Of a stretch of 64,000 nucleotides of DNA, positions 18,346 to 28,008 are shown one piece after another. The stretch is taken from NCBI GenBank assembly GCA_963788205.1, contig CAWBGG010000007.1:378732-442731 (forward strand). Reading direction: 5' to 3'. Below the pieces are notes generated by a model that was given only the letters and a program-made list of their open reading frames with translations, had not been told where the DNA came from and made no database searches. This stretch comes from an uncultured delta proteobacterium. GTDB taxonomy: Bacteria > Desulfobacterota > Binatia > Binatales > Binataceae. Each line of letters starts with the position of its first letter. The stretch's first letter is position 1. A program made the translations under genes and the position numbers.

Positions 18346-20385
18346 ATGATCACTTGTCCTGAATGCGGCTTCGCGGCCGGTGACGAAGCGAAATTCTGCG
18401 ACCGATGCGGCCAGGGACTGACTCGCGCCGCTGCGCGGCCGCCGTCGCTGCCGCCGCTCAGCCCCGGCGCCACACTCAAGGGCGGCTTCCAGATCGTCGA
18501 GTTGCTCGGCGCTAACTCCGCCGAGAATCGGTACCGTGCGACGCGCAGCGTGGACGGCGAGAACCAATCGTTCCAGCTTCGCGAGCGAATGGGGCCGGCC
18601 ACCGACCCGGAAGCGCACGAGGAGACGCCCGAGGCCGCGACCGCGAGCATTGCGGATAGAGCGGCATCGAGCACCGCGGATGATCCGAGCGGGCCGCGCG
18701 CCAAAACGCGTGATCTCAAGCCGTCCGCAGCCGCGCCGGCACCGTCGCGAGCCGAACCGGTCGCGCCCCCGTCGGTCGATTCGGAGCTGCATAGCGCCGA
18801 GGCTCCGTTGGGTTCGCCCGAGGTCGATGACGGATCGGGTGCCGAGCCGATCGTCCTGATCGAGACGGTAGCCGAAGGCGCCGCAGACGGTGCGAACCCG
18901 GCGCAAGACGCGCCCGCCGATCCGACCGGCGCGGATTCGTCTGTGGCCTCGGAGCCCCCACCGCCGGACGATCTCGGTGACGTCTTCGGCCGCGTGCTCT
19001 CGCTTTCGCAGACGATTAAGCATCCGGCGTTCCAATGCGCGCTTTCCGGATTCGCCCAGGATGGGCGCGTCTACCTGGTGTATCGCGACGAGAGTCCGCC
19101 ACCGCTCGCGGCGCGAGCCGGCGGTCTGCGGATGAGCGAGCCCGAAGCTATCGGGCTTGCGATCCAGGTGTGCCAGGCGGTCTCGGCGCTCCATCGGCGG
19201 GGCCTGCGGGTCAACGACATCTGCCCGCAATCGATCGTCATCGCGCCCGACGGCCGCGTGAAGCTCACCGGCCTGGATTACGTAAGCAACGACACCGAGC
19301 TGCAGTCCGACCCGATTTTCAACGACGGTTACACCGCGCCCGAAATCTACAAGGGCAGGCGGGCCGACAAGCGCGCCAACGTCTTTTCGGTCGGCGCGTT
19401 GCTTTACACCTGCCTGACGGGCGAGCGTATCGAGGCCGAAAGCTGGCTCGAAGAGGCGGGCGCGTTGAACTTCTACCCGCCGCATGTGGTCTCGCCCGCC
19501 CTCGAACAGGTGATTCGCCGGGCGCTGGCCTTCAATCCCGGCGAGCGATGGCCCACCGCCGACGCGCTCAAGACCGAGTTCATCAAGCTCGGCAGCACGA
19601 TCACGATTCGCGCCGCAGCCCTGACCGACGTGGGCCTAGTACGCGAACTGAACGAAGACGCGGTGATGGCGCTCCAGTACTCGCGGCAATCCCAGATCGA
19701 GCCGGCCGAAAGCTATCTCTACCTGGTAGCCGACGGGATGGGTGGGGCGGAGGCGGGCGAAGTCGCAAGTGCAATTGCCGTAAGAGCGATCCGGGAATAT
19801 GTTGAGAGCAAGCTCGCAGCCGAGGAAACCGCCGGCCCTTCCAGAGGAACCGCTGATCTTTGCGGACTGCTCAAGGACGCTCTCGAAGAAGCCAATCGCA
19901 GGATCCTCGATCATCAGGCGGCGAACCCGGAATTGCGCGGTATGGGATCGACCGCAGTCAGCGCATTGATTCTGCCGCCCGAGGCGGCCGTGGCCTGGGT
20001 CGGCGACAGCCGCGCCTACCTGAGCGACGCTGCGGGTATCCGCCAACTCACCAAGGACCATTCGCTGGTGCAGCGCCTGATCGAGATCGGACAGTTGACC
20101 CCGGAACAGGGGCGCAGCCACGAGCACAAGAACGTGATCACGCGATCGCTCGGCGCGCGGCAGAGCGGACCGGCCGGCGCCGAAGCCATCGCGATTCGGC
20201 TCAAGCGCGGCGACCGGATGGTGCTGTGCAGTGACGGCTTGACCACCCATGTCGAGGACCATCCGATCGGCGAAATCGTGCGCCGCCACAATGATCCTTA
20301 TGGGGCGGCACGTGAGCTGATAGTGGCCGCCAACGCCGGCGGCGGGACCGACAACATTTCAGTGGTAGTAATTTACGCCGAGTAG
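18346..20385 (+). CDS. zinc-ribbon - pseudokinase-like domain - PP2C Ser/Thr phosphatase fusion
   Basis: CPECGF...CDRCG ribbon. The kinase-like fold lacks the Gly loop and VAIK, and has LRVNDICPQS and LDY in place of HRDLKPxN and DFG. PP2C motifs LVADGMGG, GSTAV, VGDSRAY, SDGL, GGTDNISVVV are present. Confidence 0.75.
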   Translation: MITCPECGFAAGDEAKFCDRCGQGLTRAAARPPSLPPLSPGATLKGGFQIVELLGANSAENRYRATRSVDGENQSFQLRERMGPATDPEAHEETPEAATASIADRAASSTADDPSGPRAKTRDLKPSAAAPAPSRAEPVAPPSVDSELHSAEAPLGSPEVDDGSGAEPIVLIETVAEGAADGANPAQDAPADPTGADSSVASEPPPPDDLGDVFGRVLSLSQTIKHPAFQCALSGFAQDGRVYLVYRDESPPPLAARAGGLRMSEPEAIGLAIQVCQAVSALHRRGLRVNDICPQSIVIAPDGRVKLTGLDYVSNDTELQSDPIFNDGYTAPEIYKGRRADKRANVFSVGALLYTCLTGERIEAESWLEEAGALNFYPPHVVSPALEQVIRRALAFNPGERWPTADALKTEFIKLGSTITIRAAALTDVGLVRELNEDAVMALQYSRQSQIEPAESYLYLVADGMGGAEAGEVASAIAVRAIREYVESKLAAEETAGPSRGTADLCGLLKDALEEANRRILDHQAANPELRGMGSTAVSALILPPEAAVAWVGDSRAYLSDAAGIRQLTKDHSLVQRLIEIGQLTPEQGRSHEHKNVITRSLGARQSGPAGAEAIAIRLKRGDRMVLCSDGLTTHVEDHPIGEIVRRHNDPYGAARELIVAANAGGGTDNISVVVIYAE

Positions 20386-20412
20386 GCGTCAATAGCTGGT
20401 AGAATAATTGCG

Positions 20413-22764
20413 ATGACGAGCCAGCCGCCCAACAATCCCGATTCCGCCGCCACGGCGCCGCTGGCCGCCGGGGTCGTCCTTCAGAATCGCTACCTGATCG
20501 AGCGCCTGATCGGCGGTGGCGGAATGGGGATGGTCTATCTGGCGCGCGACCAGCGCTTGTCCAACCGGCCCTGCGCGATCAAGGAGATGGTCGATCACTT
20601 CATCGACCCGCAACAGCGCCTGGAAGCCAACGAATATTTCGCCCGCGAAGCCGACACCCTCGCCCAACTGAAGCATCCCGCGATTCCGGCGATCACCGAC
20701 CGCTTCGACGATCAGAACCGCCATTACCTGGTGATGGAGTACGTCGAGGGGCGCAACCTCGAGGAGGAGATCGCGGTCAACGGCGGTCCGTTCGCCGAGG
20801 GACTCGTGATCGACATCGGGCGCCAGTTGTGCGACGTGCTCGCCTACCTGCACAGCTTCACGCCGCCGGTCGTGTACCGCGACATGAAGCCCTCCAACGT
20901 GATGCTGACGCCCAAGGGACGGGTCGTGCTGATCGATTTCGGCATCGCGCGGCTGTTCCGCGCCGCGCGCAAGGGCACGATGATCGGCACGCTGGGCTTC
21001 GCGCCGCCCGAGCAATACCAGGGGATGGTCGATCCGCGCAGCGATATCTACTCGCTGGCGGCAACGCTGCACTACATCCTGACCGGGCGTGACCCGGAGA
21101 AGTTCCCGCCCTTCAGCTTTCCGCCGGTGCGCGAGTTGCGTCCCGAGGTCTCGGGCAACCTGGCCGGCTCGCTCGACATGGCGCTGGCCTACAAGCCCGA
21201 AGATCGCCCGCAAGCGGTTCAGGAATTCCGCGACATGATGCTCTACGGGCGCGGCGTGGCGGCCACCGGGCGCGTCAGCTCCAAGAGCGGCACCGCCGGA
21301 ATCGCGCCCCCGCCAGTCCCGGACGAAGACCTCATCCCGATCCGGCCGCGGTCCCGGAACACCTTCGCCAACGCCGCAAAGATGGCAGTGGTGCTGCTGA
21401 TGCTGGGGACGGTCGCGTTCGGCGCCACGTATATTTATTCGAGTCCGGCCCTGCAGATGCAGCTCGGGATCAAGCCGCTGATCGACAAGCTGCCGTGGCG
21501 TCACGAAGAATTGCTCGCCGCGGCCCGCGACCATCCACTCGAGTTCGCCCGCATGACCCTCCAGCTCTCGACGCGCGAGGGCGCGCCGCTGTCGCCGCCC
21601 AAGGCCTCTTTCACCGACGCGGAGCTTTCCGACGCGCGCTACCTGAAATGGGACGCGACCTTCACCAACCATCTTTCGGGGCTCGAGGGACGCTCCGACA
21701 AGGTCGAGGCGCGCTTCTTCGATCCCAGCGGACTGCAAGTCGCTTCCACCAACGTCGAGCGCTTCGTCGGCCCCGACGAGAAAACCATAGACTTCAGCGG
21801 CGTCGCGCTGGTGCCCGATCTCTCCGATCGCCCGCGCGGCGATTACAAGGTGAATCTCTCGCTGGGCGATCAGAGCCTGGCCGAGCAGCGCTTCTCGATC
21901 ACCGAAGATCTGGCGAGCAAGGCCAGGGCCGCGGCGGCCAAGGCGGCACGCGAAGCCGCGGCGCGCGAGGATCAGGAGAAACGCCTGGCGGCCGAGCACC
22001 GGCTGGCGATGATCGAGGAGCGCAAACAGAAGCCGCTGCAACTGGTCGATATCCACTTCGTCAACAGCACCAAAACCGGCACGCCGCTCTCCAGCCCGGC
22101 CGACAATTTCGACCCCGCCAAGGTGCTGTTTGTCGACTGGGAGGTCAGCTTCCAGAACCGGCTCTATAAGCTCGACAACAATCAGTACCGGGTCAACGCC
22201 GCCTACGTGGCGCCGGACGGACGCACGCTGGGCAGCGTCTACGACACCCGGATGGTTCCGGAATCGCTGCGCGAAGTCACGTTCAGCGGACGGGTCGGCA
22301 ACTCCAGCGGCGGAGCCTTCATTCCCGGCACCTACACTGTGACGTTTTATCTAAACGGCCAGTATCTGGCGGAGCGGAAGTTCCGCGTCGGTTCAGCCGA
22401 GGCGCTCAACGGCGGCGAAACCACCAGCATGGTGTCGCCCGGCGCCGCGGCGATCAGCCTCGACTCGCCGACGCTGGCCAGCGGCAATATCAGCGGGCTG
22501 GCCGGCAAGAGCAGCATCCCGATCGAGCTCCGGCTGAGACCCCAGCCCAACGGCTTTCTGCACGGCGAGCTGGTAATTCACGAAACCGGTTACGGACTCA
22601 CGCCCATCGAAGGCTATATCCGCGGCACCCATCTCTCGTTCCAGGTCCCCTATCGCGGCGAGACCCTCTACTTCGAAGGCGAGCAGAGCGGCGCCGGCCT
22701 GCAGGGAACCTTCGAGGGCGCCCCGTCAGGCGAACACGGCACCTGGACCGCCCGCCCGTCGTGA
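20413..22764 (+). CDS. membrane-anchored Ser/Thr protein kinase with large extracytoplasmic C-terminal domain
   Basis: GGGGMGMVY, CAIKEM, VYRDMKPSN, DFG, APE. One predicted TM segment (MAVVLLMLGTVAFGATYIY) followed by about 450 aa of non-cytoplasmic sequence. Confidence 0.8.
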   Translation: MTSQPPNNPDSAATAPLAAGVVLQNRYLIERLIGGGGMGMVYLARDQRLSNRPCAIKEMVDHFIDPQQRLEANEYFAREADTLAQLKHPAIPAITDRFDDQNRHYLVMEYVEGRNLEEEIAVNGGPFAEGLVIDIGRQLCDVLAYLHSFTPPVVYRDMKPSNVMLTPKGRVVLIDFGIARLFRAARKGTMIGTLGFAPPEQYQGMVDPRSDIYSLAATLHYILTGRDPEKFPPFSFPPVRELRPEVSGNLAGSLDMALAYKPEDRPQAVQEFRDMMLYGRGVAATGRVSSKSGTAGIAPPPVPDEDLIPIRPRSRNTFANAAKMAVVLLMLGTVAFGATYIYSSPALQMQLGIKPLIDKLPWRHEELLAAARDHPLEFARMTLQLSTREGAPLSPPKASFTDAELSDARYLKWDATFTNHLSGLEGRSDKVEARFFDPSGLQVASTNVERFVGPDEKTIDFSGVALVPDLSDRPRGDYKVNLSLGDQSLAEQRFSITEDLASKARAAAAKAAREAAAREDQEKRLAAEHRLAMIEERKQKPLQLVDIHFVNSTKTGTPLSSPADNFDPAKVLFVDWEVSFQNRLYKLDNNQYRVNAAYVAPDGRTLGSVYDTRMVPESLREVTFSGRVGNSSGGAFIPGTYTVTFYLNGQYLAERKFRVGSAEALNGGETTSMVSPGAAAISLDSPTLASGNISGLAGKSSIPIELRLRPQPNGFLHGELVIHETGYGLTPIEGYIRGTHLSFQVPYRGETLYFEGEQSGAGLQGTFEGAPSGEHGTWTARPS

Positions 22765-22856
22765 GGGCGACGGCGACCGTCTGACTTTGACAATCCGAAA
22801 CGCAGTAATCGCCTCGATCGCATCTTCGCGTTGATTGCCGATTATCTCTTCGCTTG

Positions 22857-22982
22857 TAGTAGCGCCGGCGTCCCGCCGGTGATTTGTCCAACTACCTGAC
22901 CCGCAGCCGACCGATGGCCCGCGATGCCCGTCGCGGTCTTCATTGGGGCCGAGTGAATCACCGGCGGGACGCCGGCGCTACT
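22857..22982. repeat. 28-bp near-perfect inverted repeat pair flanking about 66 bp
   Basis: tagtagcgccggcgtcccgccggtgattt ... aatcaccggcgggacgccggcgctacta. Lies in a 520-bp intergenic region. Confidence 0.7.
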
Positions 22983-23286
22983 ATAAGAGGCCTCGCCGCT
23001 CCTGAAGTGCTGCCGGCGTATCGCTGGCCGGCCTGGATAATCCGCCCACGGTTTGTCGAACTACGGGCGACGGGCCTGCGACGCCGCGGTGGGCGCAACC
23101 AGCGGGAGCGGGCCGATGTTGCCCGCCTTGTCGATTGCGCGCACCGCGTAGAAGCTTAGCCCGGCTATCGGCGTCACCAGAATCGATTCCTTGGCGCCGG
23201 CGGGCTTGGGCTTGGCGCTCACCGCAATCGGCGTCGCCGACGCGACGTTGCCCTGCGTGGAGACCGCTTCGATATTGCCTCGATGC

Positions 23287-24237
23287 CTAGCTTCGCCGCA
23301 CCAGCGGGATCACTTCGCGGGCGAAGCGCTCGAGCATCGCGTCGCGTTCCTCGTACGGGCCGATCATATCGATCAGGAACTCGCGCGCTCCGGATTTGCG
23401 GAAGTCGGCGATCTTGGCCGCCACGTCAGCCGGCGTGCCGAGCGCGGCGTAGCGGCGCGCCGCCTCGCGAAAGTCCATCGCGTAACGGCGGCTCAAGTGC
23501 TCGGTGGAGACCTCCAGCGCGGACTCGAAGCTCGATCCCATTGTGCAGAAGATGAACAGGGCGGTGGCGAAGCGCTCGATTTTGCGGCCGGCGCGCTGCG
23601 CCTCCGCGCCGATAAAGTCGAGCCCCTGGGCGAAGCGCTGGGGCGTGACGACATAGGGAATCCATCCGTCGCCAAGACGCGCCGCGCGCTTGAGCGCCGC
23701 GTCGGCGCGTCCGCCGATCCAGATCGGTGGGCCGCCGGGCGTGAGCGGCTTGGGCTGCATGCTGATTTCGCCGAAGCTGAAGTATTTTCCGTGATGCGCC
23801 ACGCGCGGCTCGGTCCACAGCCGCCGGATGACCTCGATCGCCTCGTTGGTGCGCCCGCCGCGCTGCTTGAGCGGAATTCCGCAGGCCTCGTATTCGGGCG
23901 GGAATTCGCCGCCGACTCCGACGCCGAAGATGAAACGGCCGGCACCGAGCAGCCGATCGAGCGTCGCAACCATCTTGGCGACGATCGTCGGATGGCGCAG
24001 CGGCAGCAGATATACGCTGGTGCCGAAGGTCAGCCGGGGCTCGATCGCGCCCCAGAATGCGATCTCTGTGAGCGGATCGATGATCGGGCCGGTGAAAGCG
24101 ACGTGATCGCCGGTGAAGACCGAATCGTAACCCATCGCGGCGACCGCCTGTACCGCGCGGCGCGCCTGCTCACCGTCGAGTGCGCCGCTGATCACGCCGA
24201 AGCGGAGATCGTTCGCGAGCGGCAACGCGTCGCTCAT
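23287..24237 (-). CDS. LLM-class (luciferase-like) flavin/F420-dependent oxidoreductase
   Basis: TIM-barrel LLM pattern: FGVISGALDG, GYDSVFTGDH, GAGRFIFGVGVG. Confidence 0.75.
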   Translation of the reverse strand: MSDALPLANDLRFGVISGALDGEQARRAVQAVAAMGYDSVFTGDHVAFTGPIIDPLTEIAFWGAIEPRLTFGTSVYLLPLRHPTIVAKMVATLDRLLGAGRFIFGVGVGGEFPPEYEACGIPLKQRGGRTNEAIEVIRRLWTEPRVAHHGKYFSFGEISMQPKPLTPGGPPIWIGGRADAALKRAARLGDGWIPYVVTPQRFAQGLDFIGAEAQRAGRKIERFATALFIFCTMGSSFESALEVSTEHLSRRYAMDFREAARRYAALGTPADVAAKIADFRKSGAREFLIDMIGPYEERDAMLERFAREVIPLVRRS

Positions 24238-24278
24238 GCGTCCTGTCCCTTCCGCCGCACGCGTGCCGCGTTGAGCGT

Positions 24279-25160
24279 CTACTTCTTTCCCGCCGCGCGG
24301 CGGCGTTCACCGCCGGAGCGCGCGGCTCGCGCATGCGCCTTGGCCGCGGACTGCTGCTCGGCCTGCTGCGTTTCGGGCGCGGCCACGCCGCGCTTGTCGA
24401 GCGAAGCCTTCAGCGCGGCCATCAGATCGATTACCTGGCCGCGGCGCGGCTCGGCCGGCGTGCCGACGGCCTGCTGGCCCGCGACCTTCTGCTGCGCTGC
24501 TTCGAGCACCCGTTCGCGATAGCTGTCGCGATATTGGGAAGGGTCGAACTTGTCGTGGGTCAGCTCGTCGATCAGCCGTTTCGCCAAGGCCAGCTCCGCT
24601 TCCTTGGCCGCCTCGTTCGCAGCGCGATCGACTTCCTCGACCGGCTTGACCTCGTCGGCATAGTAGACCGTATGGAGCATCAGGCCCTTGGCATAGGGGC
24701 GGATCAGGATCAGATGTTCCTTGCCGCGCAGCGTGTATTTCCCAAGCGCAACACGCTTGCTCGACATCATCGCGTCGCAGAGCAGGCGGTAGGCTTTGCC
24801 CGCTCCCGGCTCGGCGCCCAGATAGTACGAATCCTCGAAGTAGATCGGATCGACCGCCGACAGCGGTACGAACTCGGTTATTTCGATCGCGTGGTCGTCG
24901 CGCGCTTCGAGGTTCTTGAGTTCCTCATCGGTGAAGGTGACGTAGCGGCCCTTCTCGATCTCGTAGCCCCGGACCAGCTCGCTGCGATCGATGATCGCGT
25001 CGTCCACGGGGCAGTAGATTTTCTGCTGGATACGGCTTAGGTCCTTGGCATGCAGCAGGTTGAAGCTCACCGACTTGGCAGAGGTCGCGCCGAACAACCT
25101 GACCGGGATGGAAACCAGACCGAAGGAAATATTGCCACTGCTGACGGGCCGTGCTGCCAT
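24279..25160 (-). CDS. ku: Ku protein (NHEJ)
   Basis: ISFGLVSIPVRLF N-terminus and Ku core, with a basic C-terminal tail. Confidence 0.85.
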   Translation of the reverse strand: MAARPVSSGNISFGLVSIPVRLFGATSAKSVSFNLLHAKDLSRIQQKIYCPVDDAIIDRSELVRGYEIEKGRYVTFTDEELKNLEARDDHAIEITEFVPLSAVDPIYFEDSYYLGAEPGAGKAYRLLCDAMMSSKRVALGKYTLRGKEHLILIRPYAKGLMLHTVYYADEVKPVEEVDRAANEAAKEAELALAKRLIDELTHDKFDPSQYRDSYRERVLEAAQQKVAGQQAVGTPAEPRRGQVIDLMAALKASLDKRGVAAPETQQAEQQSAAKAHARAARSGGERRRAAGKK

Positions 25161-25284
25161 AAACGGGAGCCTCCGGATGCTGATCGTAGCCTATGAACGA
25201 CCGGCCTGCACAAGAGCCCTGCGCGGTGATTTCGCAGTAGTCTTTACCTACACCCGGTATTTTCCGGCGAAATAAAGGCGAATA

Positions 25285-27900
25285 ATGCCGCTGGAGAAGT
25301 ATCGGCAGAAGCGAATGCCGGAGCGAACGCCCGAGCCCTTCGGCAAGGTGGGCGACACCGCGCGACCGTCCGCGGGCTCGATGTTCGTGATTCAAAAGCA
25401 TGCCGCCCGCCGGCTTCACTATGACTTCCGCCTCGAGATGGAGGGCGTATTGCGCTCGTGGGCGGTGCCAAAAGGACCCTCGCTCCGCAGCGCCGACAAG
25501 CGGCTGGCCGTGATGGTCGAGGACCATCCGATTGAATACGGCAATTTCGAGGGGACGATTCCGCAGGGCAATTACGGGGCGGGCGCCGTGATCGTGTGGG
25601 ACCGCGGCGAGTATCGGCCGATCGACCTGCAAGGTGACGCCGCCGCAGCCGTGCGGGCCGGCAAGCTCGACTTCGAGCTGCACGGCTTCAAGCTGCGCGG
25701 CGCCTACACGCTGGTGCGGACGCGCGGGATGCCGAATCGGCGCCAATCGGACCGCAAGGAACAGTGGTTGCTGATCAAGAAGCGCGACGAGTACGCCTCC
25801 GACGACGATGTCCTGGTCACCCATCCGCGCTCGGTGCTCTCCGGCCTAACTATAGAAAAGCTTCGCGACGCAGACGCGGCTGGCGAACGAATCGCGGGCG
25901 GGCTCGCGCAACTCAAGGCGCGGCGGATCGAGGGCGCGTTGGCGGCCAAGGCGTTTCCCCTGATGCTCGCGAAGCTCGCCGACAATCCGTTTGACGGCGA
26001 GGGCTGGCTGTTCGAGCTCAAGTACGACGGGGTGCGGGCGCTGGCGATTCGCGACGGCGAGCACGCGCGCATCTTCGCCCGCAGCGGGATCGAGATCACC
26101 ACGCAATATCCCGAAGTCGCACTCGCGCTCGACAAGCTGCCGTTCAGCCGCCTGGTGCTCGACGGCGAAATCGTCGCCTTCGCGGACGACGGCCGGCCGA
26201 GCTTTCAGCTCCTTCAGCGCCGAATCGGCGCACACGAGCGAAACGATATCGAGCGGCTGAGCCTTTCGATTCCGGCCTGTTATCAGGTTTTCGACCTGCT
26301 CGCTTTCGCGGAGTTCGATCTGCGTCCGCTCCCACTCGAGCAGCGCAAAGCGTTCTTGGCGCAGGTCGTGAAAGGCGATGGCCCGCTGCGCTATTGCGAT
26401 CACTACAGCGCGCGTGGACGGGATTTCTTTCAGGCCGTAGCGCAGGCGGGACTGGAGGGGATGGTCGCCAAGCGCCGCGACTCGATCTACCGGGGCACGC
26501 GCGGCGATGACTGGCGCAAGATAAAGTGCCCGCGACTCGGCCGTTTTGTGATCGGGGGATGGACCGATCCGGCTGGCGCACGGTCGCATTTCGGGGCGCT
26601 GCTGCTCGGCGCGTTCGAGCCCGACGGCAGTCTGCGCTTCCTCTCGCGCGTCGGCACCGGCTTCGACCAGCGCAAACTGCGCGAGATTCATGAACTGCTG
26701 GAGCGCCGCAAGCGCGATCGCTCGCCGTTTCGCCGCCCGGCGCAGGCCGAACCACGCGTGCCGGCCGGCGCGCATTTCTGCGAAGCCGAGCTGGTATGCG
26801 AGGTGCAGTTCGGCGAATGGACCGACGAGGGCGGCCTGCGCCACCCGAGCTTCCGCAGCCTGGTCGAGGGCGCGAACCCGCGCGAGTGTGTCTACGCGGG
26901 TCCGGTGCGCGGCGATTCCAGGCCGCCCGTCCACGACGATCCGCCAGCGCCAGCGAGTGTCGATTCGGGAGGCCAGAGCGTGAAGAAGCCCCAGCGCGCA
27001 TTTACGATTACCAACGCCGGCAAGGTCTTCTGGCCGGCGGAGGGTTACACCAAGGGCGACCTGATCGTGTACTACCAGGCGATCGCGCCCTGGATGCTCC
27101 CCTATCTGAAAGACCGGCCGGTGGTGCTGACCCGCTATCCCGACGGGATCGAGGGCAAAAGTTTCTTTCAGAAAGACGCGCCGTCGTTCGCCCCCGCGTG
27201 GATCCGAACCGAATCGATATACTCGCCCGATACCGCTCGTGACATCGCCTACTTCGTGCTGGAGAGTGCCGAGGCGATCGGCTACATGGCCAACCTGGGC
27301 GCGATTCCGATTCATATCTGGTCCTCGCGCGTGCCCCATCTGGAGCGCCCCGACTGGCTGCTGTTCGATATCGATCCCAAGGGTTCGACGACCCGGCGTG
27401 CGGTGATTGTCGCCCAGGAAGTTGGCGCGGTGCTGCGCTCCGTAGGACTCCGGCCCTATCTGAAAACCTCGGGCCAGCGCGGGCTTCACGTCGTGGTCGG
27501 ACTCGAGCCCAGGTACACCTACGAGCAGGCACGGATGTTCTCCGAGATGGTGGCCGGGCTGGTCGTCAGCCGAATCCCAAGCGACGCGACGCTGGTGCGC
27601 GATACTCGCGCCCGGGGCGGCCGAGTCTATATCGACTATCTTCAGCTTGGCCAGGGCAAGACTATCGCGGCTCCGTTCGCGGCCCGTCCGGCGCCGGGCG
27701 CGCCGGTATCGGCGCCGCTCAAATGGGCCGAATTGAGCGAGGATCTCGACCCCGTGGCGTTCAATATCAAGACGATGCCCAAGCGGATGGCGCGCCTCAA
27801 ACGCGACCCGTTTATCGGCGCGCTCGAAGACCTGCAGGCCATCGAGCCGGCCCTGCCGTGCCTGGAGCGCGAAATTCGCGGTACCGCGCCGAGCAATTGA
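25285..27900 (+). CDS. ligD: ATP-dependent DNA ligase LigD (phosphoesterase-ligase-polymerase)
   Basis: N-terminal PE domain (VIQKHAARRLHYDFRLE). Ligase adenylation motif ELKYDGVRAL. C-terminal LigD polymerase/primase domain. Divergent from ku. Confidence 0.85.
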   Translation: MPLEKYRQKRMPERTPEPFGKVGDTARPSAGSMFVIQKHAARRLHYDFRLEMEGVLRSWAVPKGPSLRSADKRLAVMVEDHPIEYGNFEGTIPQGNYGAGAVIVWDRGEYRPIDLQGDAAAAVRAGKLDFELHGFKLRGAYTLVRTRGMPNRRQSDRKEQWLLIKKRDEYASDDDVLVTHPRSVLSGLTIEKLRDADAAGERIAGGLAQLKARRIEGALAAKAFPLMLAKLADNPFDGEGWLFELKYDGVRALAIRDGEHARIFARSGIEITTQYPEVALALDKLPFSRLVLDGEIVAFADDGRPSFQLLQRRIGAHERNDIERLSLSIPACYQVFDLLAFAEFDLRPLPLEQRKAFLAQVVKGDGPLRYCDHYSARGRDFFQAVAQAGLEGMVAKRRDSIYRGTRGDDWRKIKCPRLGRFVIGGWTDPAGARSHFGALLLGAFEPDGSLRFLSRVGTGFDQRKLREIHELLERRKRDRSPFRRPAQAEPRVPAGAHFCEAELVCEVQFGEWTDEGGLRHPSFRSLVEGANPRECVYAGPVRGDSRPPVHDDPPAPASVDSGGQSVKKPQRAFTITNAGKVFWPAEGYTKGDLIVYYQAIAPWMLPYLKDRPVVLTRYPDGIEGKSFFQKDAPSFAPAWIRTESIYSPDTARDIAYFVLESAEAIGYMANLGAIPIHIWSSRVPHLERPDWLLFDIDPKGSTTRRAVIVAQEVGAVLRSVGLRPYLKTSGQRGLHVVVGLEPRYTYEQARMFSEMVAGLVVSRIPSDATLVRDTRARGGRVYIDYLQLGQGKTIAAPFAARPAPGAPVSAPLKWAELSEDLDPVAFNIKTMPKRMARLKRDPFIGALEDLQAIEPALPCLEREIRGTAPSN

Positions 27901-28008
27901 AGCACTGTGAAATTTGTCCGATGGTAGAGTTTTCCGCTTGTCAAGCTCGCGGCCGGTAACTACGCTCGATCAGGCTCAGCGCAGGCGTCATGCCGCAAGG
28001 GGTCGGTT

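Noticed and set aside
18325-19485. 386-aa minus-strand ORF opposite the pseudokinase-PP2C gene
   Set aside because: Arg-rich antisense frame. The plus strand encodes a recognisable PP2C fusion.
20389-22056. 555-aa minus-strand ORF opposite the membrane kinase
   Set aside because: Antisense artefact with no domain signal. The plus-strand kinase is unambiguous.
23191-24522. 443-aa plus-strand ORF across the LLM oxidoreductase and Ku genes
   Set aside because: Antisense to two well-supported minus-strand genes. Low-complexity composition.
25846-27489. 547-aa minus-strand ORF inside ligD
   Set aside because: Antisense to LigD. No domain content.
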